DNA from: a virus
Reading direction: 5' to 3' (one strand)
Length of the DNA: 64,000 nt
IMG/VR virus record: IMGVR_UViG_3300010885_030180
Coordinates: 39,606-103,605 of that record
Position numbers and translations under genes: made by a program. Shown here one piece after another: positions 48,807-55,603 of this stretch (its first letter is position 1; the number at the start of each line of letters is the position of its first letter). The notes beneath the pieces are model-generated. The model was not told the DNA's origin. It did no database searches and worked only from the letters and a program-made list of their open reading frames with translations.

Positions 48807-49353
48807 ATGCCCAGGGTAATTTAGCCGACCTCTTTACTAGATAATCTAACGTACCTAAGTTGCTGTCAGCAGCTTCACTAACGTATGTAACTATGCTAGG
48901 GGTGTCAAGATCAATGTTTGCTTCGGTCTCGCCGTGTTCACTATGAAAGTGTATACCGTGTTTAGTACATAGATGTCTAATGGCCTTGTTATGACTAAGA
49001 CAGACCATACAGCCTTTTAAGATACCGTGTGTGCGGCACCATTGTATGCAACGGCGAATTAATGCATTGCCCATACCCTGAGCTTGATATTCCTTAAGAA
49101 CTGAAAATGCCAACTCCATTTCTCCTTTAGTAGAGATATGTCCTATAGCAATAAATTCTAAATTAGAGTCTTCAATGCAAAACAAGATATGATGACTGTG
49201 GTCTTCTTCAAAGCCATCACATAGCCGGTTAATTACTTCGTCTGTGACTGCGAAGCCAAAGCGGAGCAATCGACTGTCTGCATCCAGGGCAAGTAAATGC
49301 TTGCGATATTTAGGATACTCATTTTCTAATACTCTGCGTACAACGTGTGGCAT
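48796..49353 (-). CDS. GNAT-family N-acetyltransferase
   Basis: YRKHLLALD..SRLLRFG...ELAFSVLKEYQAQGMGNALI...CLSHN.AIRHL. Confidence 0.85.
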   Translation of the reverse strand: MPHVVRRVLENEYPKYRKHLLALDADSRLLRFGFAVTDEVINRLCDGFEEDHSHHILFCIEDSNLEFIAIGHISTKGEMELAFSVLKEYQAQGMGNALIRRCIQWCRTHGILKGCMVCLSHNKAIRHLCTKHGIHFHSEHGETEANIDLDTPSIVTYVSEAADSNLGTLDYLVKRSAKLPWAFMS

Positions 49354-49360
49354 AGTTTAA

Positions 49361-49534
49361 TTACCATCCTCTGCCTGATTGACGTAGGTCAAATTGACGA
49401 GTTAGGCGATCCACGTCACAAGAATTTTGTGGTGAATTTCTAACGATATATTCTTCTAGTGCCGATCCGTAAGTTTGTGGCTTTTCAAATCTCTGAAACA
49501 TCTTGTGGAAGTATTCAGCAAGTGCGTTTAACAT
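49361..49534 (-). CDS. 57-aa protein MLNALAEYFHKMFQRFEKPQTYGSALEEYIVRNSPQNSCDVDRLTRQFDLRQSGRGW (weakly DUF3563-like)
   Basis: Read by hand; SD AGGAG 6 nt upstream; TATAAATA on the minus strand at 49591-49598; not in the ORF track. Confidence 0.7.
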   Translation of the reverse strand: MLNALAEYFHKMFQRFEKPQTYGSALEEYIVRNSPQNSCDVDRLTRQFDLRQSGRGW

Positions 49535-49590
49535 ATTTTTCTCCTGTGTGTTAATTCTCAGTAATCTCTCATGGTTTCTACTGAGTAAAG

Positions 49591-49598
49591 TATTTATA
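49591..49598 (-). promoter_or_regulatory. T4-type late promoter (TATAAATA, minus strand)
   Basis: tatttata on the + strand; followed on the minus strand by the hairpin CTCAGTA-N15-TACTGAG. Confidence 0.65.
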
Positions 49599-49630
49599 CA
49601 TTATGTGCGGTCGCAGCAAAATTTACAATG

Positions 49631-49675
49631 TTGTATTCTCCCAAATGTTATGCTATACTAAAAGTAATATAAATA
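49631..49675 (+). promoter_or_regulatory. Tandem sigma70-like and late promoters
   Basis: TTGTAT-17-TATACT with extended TG (49631-49659), then TATAAATA (49668-49675). Confidence 0.55.
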
Positions 49676-49696
49676 CCAAGTAATGAGGAAACTATC

Positions 49697-49996
49697 TTGA
49701 AAAGAGCCACTCGTAGTCTATTAGAAGAACTTAATTCTATATCAGAAAAAAAGAATAGCGAAGCCATAATTGAGGCAAGGGCAACACATGTCATTGACAG
49801 CGCCATTAACTTATTAACGCTTATCAAGGAAAATTTTTCTACAGAAGATGCATATGAATTAGAGCGTAGACTAATTAATAGTATTAAGGGCGGCGATTCT
49901 AGCAAGTTTGTACGCAGTATACGCAAATTTAGAGACAATAAAGAAACAGCACGTCATTTAAAAGTTATCGATGGCGATGTTAAAAACGACGATTAA
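49697..49996 (+). CDS. Hypothetical helical phage protein
   Basis: TTG start with SD GAGGA; 99 aa (TRSLLEELNSI...ELERRLINSIKG.D..KF.R). Confidence 0.75.
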   Translation: MKRATRSLLEELNSISEKKNSEAIIEARATHVIDSAINLLTLIKENFSTEDAYELERRLINSIKGGDSSKFVRSIRKFRDNKETARHLKVIDGDVKNDD

Positions 49997-50090
49997 TATG
50001 CCATTTGGGCAATTTTTTATTAATTGGGATAAATAAAAACATAATAAGTTTCATGGGGAAACTTAAAACAAAGATCAAGGAGATTTCAAA

Positions 50091-50510
50091 ATGGCAACAT
50101 TAAACAGAGTTCACGGACAAACAAGCGGCGGCGCATTTTATGGTTATTCACCATTAGTAGTTAGAATTACAGCTTCTGGCGGTGCAGCTAACGTTTTCAC
50201 AGCAGACACAGTAAACGGCACAACTGGTGCTATCACTGACGGCGGATACACAATTGCACGTAGAGTACTACAAACAGTTGCTAGCATCGTATGGCTAGGC
50301 GAGCGCGATTCAGGTAATGACGTTTTCACAGCAATTGTTGATCTACCAACAGCTAATCAAGGTGACGGTACAGGCGGAAGCGCTGGTGCTACAACTGGTT
50401 TCAAAGCGTTAAGAGACGCATTGGCCCTAGCTTTAGGTGGTGCATACACTGACTACGCAGTTGCTACAAGTACTGCTCTAAACGGCGTTGGTACATTCAC
50501 ATTCGCTTAA
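50091..50510 (+). CDS. Small Ala/Gly/Thr-rich virion protein (head-decoration-like)
   Basis: GATAAATA box at 50028-50035, 5' hairpin AAGTTTC/GAAACTT, SD AAGGAG and its own terminator: layout of a highly expressed late gene. Confidence 0.75.
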   Translation: MATLNRVHGQTSGGAFYGYSPLVVRITASGGAANVFTADTVNGTTGAITDGGYTIARRVLQTVASIVWLGERDSGNDVFTAIVDLPTANQGDGTGGSAGATTGFKALRDALALALGGAYTDYAVATSTALNGVGTFTFA

Positions 50511-50527
50511 TACTTAATTAAGTATAG

Positions 50528-50556
50528 AAAGGGAGTTTTTAACTCCCTTTTCTTTT
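50528..50556 (+). terminator. Intrinsic terminator
   Basis: AAAGGGAGTT-TTT-AACTCCCTTT followed by TCTTTT. Confidence 0.85.
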
Positions 50557-50596
50557 GACTAAAATTGCTAAATATAAACATTAAGGAGATTTCAAC

Positions 50597-51013
50597 ATGG
50601 CAGGAGCTACCAAAACACATGAAACGCTAATTGCACCAGCATACAAGAATGGTGTTACATTACAGTTTATAACAATCACATTTCCGAGTGCAGATCTAAC
50701 AGCAAAACTTGGAAGAGTAAGCGGCGTGCAAAGTCCAGTGGTACAGGCACTTGACGCTATTGCTAAAATAGCCAGCATTGAAATTATTGGTACTCCAAGA
50801 TATTCTGGTGGTGATACAACATTGACCCTTGCTATGGCAGCATTGGGTGGAGCATTTGATACTGCTGACTACGACGGCGATGATGATAATGAAACTTTTG
50901 CACTTGCTTGCCAACAAGCTATTGTTGCAGCGGCTACAGTAAGCGGAGCATTACAAGGTTACGACAATGCTAATACTACAGTAGCAGCAAATGTGCGTGG
51001 TGTAGCTCTTTAA
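50597..51013 (+). CDS. Small Ala-rich virion protein, probable distant paralog of 50091..50510
   Basis: Similar size; IASIEIIG vs VASIVWLG; near-identical AAGGAGATTTCAA.ATGGCA initiation region; CTAAATA box at 50568-50574. Confidence 0.75.
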   Translation: MAGATKTHETLIAPAYKNGVTLQFITITFPSADLTAKLGRVSGVQSPVVQALDAIAKIASIEIIGTPRYSGGDTTLTLAMAALGGAFDTADYDGDDDNETFALACQQAIVAAATVSGALQGYDNANTTVAANVRGVAL

Positions 51014-51031
51014 TTAATATTAGATGTAAAG

Positions 51032-51057
51032 AAGGTTCTTGCGAGGACCTTTTTTTT
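51032..51057 (+). terminator. Intrinsic terminator
   Basis: AAGGTTCT-TGCG-AGGACCTT followed by a T run. Confidence 0.8.
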
Positions 51058-51086
51058 ATGACATAAATATATTATATAGGTACATT

Positions 51087-51512
51087 ATGCAAATTATTGA
51101 AATAAAAACTCTCGTAGATATAACAAACACCAACGTCGCAAGGCCCAATCAAGGCAGCGCATTAGCACACGATCAATATAGGAACTTTGTTACATTAAAA
51201 CAATGTGCTGAATTAAGATCAAATATTTCATATGATTTTTCACCAGAGCTTCAAATTATTGATATAAAAGATTTAGGATTTGGTTCCAAGTTCAAAGGCA
51301 AACATGCAGTATGGACTTTTAGATTCAATCCAGAGAGATCAGGAGTATATGTTAACGAACAACATGAGATAGGATGTTTATATGAAGACATGCAAGGAGT
51401 TCCAGTTGTTGAAAAATTAACAGAGACGATAAATATCGAGAAGGCTATTTTCGAACTAATAGATAGCTCTTCCAAGAATACAATCATCAAGGCAATCAAA
51501 GGCACAATTTAG
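51087..51512 (+). CDS. Hypothetical phage protein (IKTLVDITNT...DQ..NF.TL.Q...LRSN motif)
   Basis: Likely start ATG 51087 after CATAAATA (51062-51069); the track's TTG at 51039 lies within the terminator. Confidence 0.75.
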   Translation: MQIIEIKTLVDITNTNVARPNQGSALAHDQYRNFVTLKQCAELRSNISYDFSPELQIIDIKDLGFGSKFKGKHAVWTFRFNPERSGVYVNEQHEIGCLYEDMQGVPVVEKLTETINIEKAIFELIDSSSKNTIIKAIKGTI

Positions 51513-51559
51513 GCAACATTAAAGTTGGAAATTCGTACACTTAACAGGAGAGACCTAAG

Positions 51560-51886
51560 ATGGCCAGTAAAAATTTAGCACTAGCAACCGTTCCAGAACG
51601 AGTTAGTGTATTAGAAACTAAAGTAGATAACATTGAAGAAAAGATTGACGATCTTAAAGTAGACTTGAAGGCAGTGAGCGACTCTATTGATCAACGAGCA
51701 GCTCATACTATTGCAATTTTAAAAGACATGAAAGATATTAGCACACAGGCTCATGTGGAAATGGCCAATAAGATTAGCAATTTAGAAAAATTTAAAGAAA
51801 AATGGATTTATCTAATTGCGGGTGGTATTGCAGTATTAGGATGGGTAGGCCCACATGCTGAACAATTATTAAGTCTATTAAAATAA
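51560..51886 (+). CDS. Coiled-coil protein with a C-terminal transmembrane helix (XhlA/holin-like)
   Basis: ERVSVLETKVDNIEEKIDDLK heptads; WIYLIAGGIAVLGWVG hydrophobic segment; SD AGGAG. Confidence 0.65.
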   Translation: MASKNLALATVPERVSVLETKVDNIEEKIDDLKVDLKAVSDSIDQRAAHTIAILKDMKDISTQAHVEMANKISNLEKFKEKWIYLIAGGIAVLGWVGPHAEQLLSLLK

Positions 51887-52230
51887 TGAGAATCCAAGAA
51901 CTATTAGAAGCGGTTCCGGTGGGGTCGAGTACACAGCCACTAGTTACACCTGGACAACCACCGGCGCCTGTTCCACCTGGACAACCACCAGCAGTACCTG
52001 GACAAACACCTCCTCCTGCTGTGCCAGGACAACCTCCAGCAGTACCAGGTGCAGCACCTGCTCCTACCTTAGGTAATCAAGCGGCTGGACAACCTTCTAC
52101 GCAACAGCCTGCTATGCAGCAAGGTATGAAAGATACAATGACTGATCTTGATAAGATTGCAGCACAAATTGTAGGACTAAAACAAAAACAACAACAAATG
52201 CAGCAGCAAATGCAGCTACCAACAGTATGA
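51886..52230 (+). CDS. Pro/Gln-rich low-complexity protein with an MRIQELLE leader
   Basis: PGQPPA repeats and a Gln-rich C-terminus; TAATG coupling. Confidence 0.7.
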   Translation: MRIQELLEAVPVGSSTQPLVTPGQPPAPVPPGQPPAVPGQTPPPAVPGQPPAVPGAAPAPTLGNQAAGQPSTQQPAMQQGMKDTMTDLDKIAAQIVGLKQKQQQMQQQMQLPTV

Positions 52231-52436
52231 AAATAGGTCAGTTGTTATCAGGTATGAGTATTGTTGTTACTAATGCCGAACAAGCATTTATACACAGACA
52301 TAAAGACAGTGTCTCTATTACTAGTTTAGACGAGCACGATCAGTGGCTCGCTCAAAACCTTGTACGCAAGGGTCTTTACGCGATAAGTAAAGATAACAGG
52401 ACTTTAATAAAGCAACTAGATGAAACTATTAACTAA
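52227..52436 (+). CDS. Small hypothetical protein (possible winged-helix-like)
   Basis: ATGA coupling; SITSLDEHDQWLAQNLVRKGLY. Confidence 0.7.
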   Translation: MKIGQLLSGMSIVVTNAEQAFIHRHKDSVSITSLDEHDQWLAQNLVRKGLYAISKDNRTLIKQLDETIN

Positions 52437-52890
52437 CGATGTCTTCTCAAGTATAGAACAACTGAGCAAAGATGTTAAAGAAAAATTGCGTCAGAAGGGC
52501 GTAGTAGTACCCACTAAAAGCAAGGATGGATCTATAAACGTAGGACACTTTGCTATTAGAAAAAAGAAAGACGGATTCTACTGTATTGTAGATTTTGAAA
52601 AAGAAATATTAATAGATCAAATAAACTTACCACAAACAGCAGCGGTGATCGCTAACCAATTAGCATTGGGCAAACTGATTGATGACAAGTTATTAGCTGC
52701 TGATAGAGGATACGGACATTCACTGTTTGACGAAGAACTACATGTTAAATTTGCTGAAAAAAGTTTAAAAACTAATTTAATAGATAGAGCCGATATTATG
52801 TTTACTAAATCAAAAATAGCAAGACATAAGAAAGAACAATACAGGCTAACTATTATCAGAGGTTTTGAGAAACTGATAAGAATTGTATAA
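52420..52890 (+). CDS. Hypothetical protein
   Basis: 156-aa ORF in the operon, overlapping the upstream gene end. Confidence 0.7.
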   Translation: MKLLTNDVFSSIEQLSKDVKEKLRQKGVVVPTKSKDGSINVGHFAIRKKKDGFYCIVDFEKEILIDQINLPQTAAVIANQLALGKLIDDKLLAADRGYGHSLFDEELHVKFAEKSLKTNLIDRADIMFTKSKIARHKKEQYRLTIIRGFEKLIRIV

Positions 52891-52920
52891 ATAATACTAT
52901 CAATCTTTCTGGAATTAACT

Positions 52921-54483
52921 ATGAAAACAAGTGACTTTACAACTCAATTAACAAGTGCTAAACTTAACGAAAACATGAACAAAATGTTTGGCGTTCGAGT
53001 TAAATTAGAGAACTATTCTAGAGAGCAACTAGAAGACATGCGTAACAAATTGCGCACCCGTGTTTTCCAACAGGAAGGTACAGCAGGTATTAATGACTTA
53101 CTTACCAACGAAACATATCAAAAAGACAAGGCCATGTTGGACTTGCTTAATACAAGGATTAAAGAAATGCTAGGCGAAAATATCAAACAACTACGTGACA
53201 AAATGACAGAACTTAGCGAAGCTAAGAAATCTAAACCCGACTTCCTAGACATGGATAAAGACGGCAATAAGAAAGAGCCAATGAAGAAGGCAGTTGCCGA
53301 CAAAAAGAAAAATCCTTTTGTCAAAGACAAAAAAGTTTCCGAGGCTTCAACAGATAATGCTTTTACTGCTCATAAAAAACCAGCCGCAGCAACAGATCTA
53401 AAAGTTGGTCAATCAAAGAAAACATCTAGTGGCGGAACAGCTACTAAGACTGCTGGCGGAACAGTTCACAAAGCAGGCTCTAAAGGCTACGGTAACAAGT
53501 GGGATGGTAAGACACAAGACGAACCTGCAAAAGTATCTAAAGCTTCTAAAACTTCTGCAGAGAAGAAAGCAGCTAAAGATAATGATATCAAACTTCCTCC
53601 ACACAAAGGTACGGTAACTCGTCACAGCAGCAATCACGGTGCTGACAGAGATGATGGCACCGGTGATGAAGTTAAAGAAGCACTAAAAGGCAAGCAAGGT
53701 AAACTTGATGCTAACCATAACGGCAAATTAGAAAAGAGTGACTTTGCTGCTTTACGTGCTAAGAAAGTTAAAGAAGAACGCACTGAAGTCAAAGATAAAG
53801 AAGGCAAGGTAACTAGCTGGAAAGACGAAGGCGAATGGAAAAAAGCAGGAGCGAAGAAAGATCCACGTGGCAAGGTTACTAACCTAAGTGACAAGGCTCG
53901 TCGTTCAACTGAAAAGATGAAAGAATCTACAGCAAGAGTTAAACATAATGTTCGCTTTGTTAACGAAAGCCTAGGCTATTTGTTAAGCGAAGACGAAGAA
54001 GGTAAAGCTAAGGCAATTACTAGTGCAGGCGATATGGTCAATGACTTTACATCGTGGATGCAACGTGTTGGTCAATATCAGACTAAGACAATGATTGAAC
54101 TAGCTGATGCTATCAAAGGCGACTTTGGTGCGGCTGAAGCAGAAGCATTTAAGCAAGCAGTTGGTCCAGCATTGAGTGCTACCTTAGAAATGTTAACACA
54201 GCAACGCGAAGCAGTAAGCAGTGCGGTTGCAACATTAGCAGGTGAAGCAGTTCCAGAAGAACCAATGGGAATGGAGCCAGAGATTGGACCGGGCACTCCG
54301 GATATGGACCCAGGTATGGACCTTAGCGCACCCGATGACATGAATCCAGATATGGGTAGTGACGAATTTGGTGCTAGCGATGCAGCAGCAGGAATGGGCA
54401 CTACCGGTCGTGAAATGCGTGAAAGCAAGTTTGCAAGCAAATTAGCTGAATCACATAACATCATGAACTCATTGTCTAAATAA
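52921..54483 (+). CDS. Prohead core/scaffold-like or internal head protein
   Basis: TATAAATA at 52886-52893; charged and helical with a Lys-rich middle; many [LVM]-x-E sites (LNE, LSE, VSE, VKE, MKE, VNE, MRE, LAE); acidic Met/Pro-rich C-terminal region. Confidence 0.6.
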   Translation: MKTSDFTTQLTSAKLNENMNKMFGVRVKLENYSREQLEDMRNKLRTRVFQQEGTAGINDLLTNETYQKDKAMLDLLNTRIKEMLGENIKQLRDKMTELSEAKKSKPDFLDMDKDGNKKEPMKKAVADKKKNPFVKDKKVSEASTDNAFTAHKKPAAATDLKVGQSKKTSSGGTATKTAGGTVHKAGSKGYGNKWDGKTQDEPAKVSKASKTSAEKKAAKDNDIKLPPHKGTVTRHSSNHGADRDDGTGDEVKEALKGKQGKLDANHNGKLEKSDFAALRAKKVKEERTEVKDKEGKVTSWKDEGEWKKAGAKKDPRGKVTNLSDKARRSTEKMKESTARVKHNVRFVNESLGYLLSEDEEGKAKAITSAGDMVNDFTSWMQRVGQYQTKTMIELADAIKGDFGAAEAEAFKQAVGPALSATLEMLTQQREAVSSAVATLAGEAVPEEPMGMEPEIGPGTPDMDPGMDLSAPDDMNPDMGSDEFGASDAAAGMGTTGREMRESKFASKLAESHNIMNSLSK

Positions 54484-54830
54484 TGAGATTATTTGAAGTA
54501 GATTTAGGATCAGCTAGAGATGTTCTAGCTGTATTGCAGGGACAGGCAAATAAAATGGGTAATCCATCTACTTTGCCGTTTCCAGCAGTAATGAACATCT
54601 TGAATCAATTTGATTTGGGCATAAGCACACCCGACGGATTAATAGCATTAAAAAACGCTGTTGATCCAGCAGGCGATGTTATTGCTGATGTATTAGATGA
54701 TGGTACTGTATTACTAAAGACTAATGCACAAAACCCAAACCAAGATAAAGCACAACAACCCGCTAGTGGAAGTTCAGGTCTAGATGCTATGGCATCTAGA
54801 AATGCTAAGAAATTAAAACCAGATCTTTGA
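54483..54830 (+). CDS. Hypothetical late protein (MRLFE leader)
   Basis: TAATG-coupled to the upstream gene; ends LDAMASRNAKK. Confidence 0.7.
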   Translation: MRLFEVDLGSARDVLAVLQGQANKMGNPSTLPFPAVMNILNQFDLGISTPDGLIALKNAVDPAGDVIADVLDDGTVLLKTNAQNPNQDKAQQPASGSSGLDAMASRNAKKLKPDL

Positions 54831-54855
54831 CCTATAGAGTATATGGTGTTATAAT
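54827..54855 (+). promoter_or_regulatory. Sigma70-type promoter with extended -10
   Basis: TTGACC, 17-nt spacer, TATAAT preceded by TG; the -10 lies in the inverted repeat GTGTTA-TAAT-TAACAC. Confidence 0.75.
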
Positions 54856-54864
54856 TAACACTAT

Positions 54865-55566
54865 ATGACAACACTCTATTCCCCTCCTCCGTTCATTGAA
54901 CGATTCCAATACAAAAATTGCCAACAGGTAAACGACCCGATAACCCGTAAACGTGTTTATCAAACACCCGATGGTGAACGCCTTCCTAGTGTAACAACTA
55001 TTTTAGGCGCTACTAAGGATATGACCCACTTAATTGAATGGCGTAAACGTATCGGAGAAGATAAAGCACAACAAATTACTACAGAAGCAGCCGGAGTTGG
55101 TACAGCAATGCATGCCAATTTAGAACGTTTCTTAATCGGTGAACAACGTCAACCTGGTAATAATCCAGTACACGTACAGGCTAATAAAATGGCTGATGTT
55201 ATTATTGAAAACGGTCTAAGTAAAATGAATGAAGTATGGGCTATGGAACAAAGTCTATATTGTCCTGGGCTATTTTCTGGTACTACCGACTTGGTAGGTG
55301 TATACGACGGTCAGCCTGCAATTTGTGATCATAAACAAACAAACAAACCCAAGAAAGCTGAATGGGTAGAGGACTATTATCTACAGCTAGTTGCCTATGC
55401 AACTGCACATAACGAAGTTTATGGTACAGATATTAAACGTGGTGTTATTTTTATGTGTAGTAGGGACTTCCAATATCAGCAATTTGACCTACTTCCAGAA
55501 AATTTTAACAAATATCAAGACATGTGGTTCAACAAAGTTGAAGAATACTACGCCCTAGTTAAGTAG
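54865..55566 (+). CDS. PD-(D/E)XK (RecB/Cas4-like) exonuclease
   Basis: RVYQTPDG.RLPSVTTIL...GTAMH..LE...EQSL...FSGTTDL...ICDHKQT...YYLQL.AYA.AHNE. Confidence 0.85.
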   Translation: MTTLYSPPPFIERFQYKNCQQVNDPITRKRVYQTPDGERLPSVTTILGATKDMTHLIEWRKRIGEDKAQQITTEAAGVGTAMHANLERFLIGEQRQPGNNPVHVQANKMADVIIENGLSKMNEVWAMEQSLYCPGLFSGTTDLVGVYDGQPAICDHKQTNKPKKAEWVEDYYLQLVAYATAHNEVYGTDIKRGVIFMCSRDFQYQQFDLLPENFNKYQDMWFNKVEEYYALVK

Positions 55567-55574
55567 CACAGTAA

Positions 55575-55602
55575 GATAAATATCTCATAGAGGGGATATT
55601 TA
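55575..55602 (+). promoter_or_regulatory. Late promoter box forming the 5' arm of an RBS-sequestering hairpin
   Basis: GATAAATA at 55575-55582; TAAATATC (55577-55584) pairs perfectly with GATATTTA (55595-55602) around the SD GAGGGG. Confidence 0.65.
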
Positions 55603-55603
55603 C

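Noticed and set aside
54865-55566. Cas4-like nuclease as evidence of a CRISPR-Cas system
   Set aside because: No array, no other cas genes and no four-Cys Fe-S motif; stand-alone PD-(D/E)XK nucleases are common in large phages
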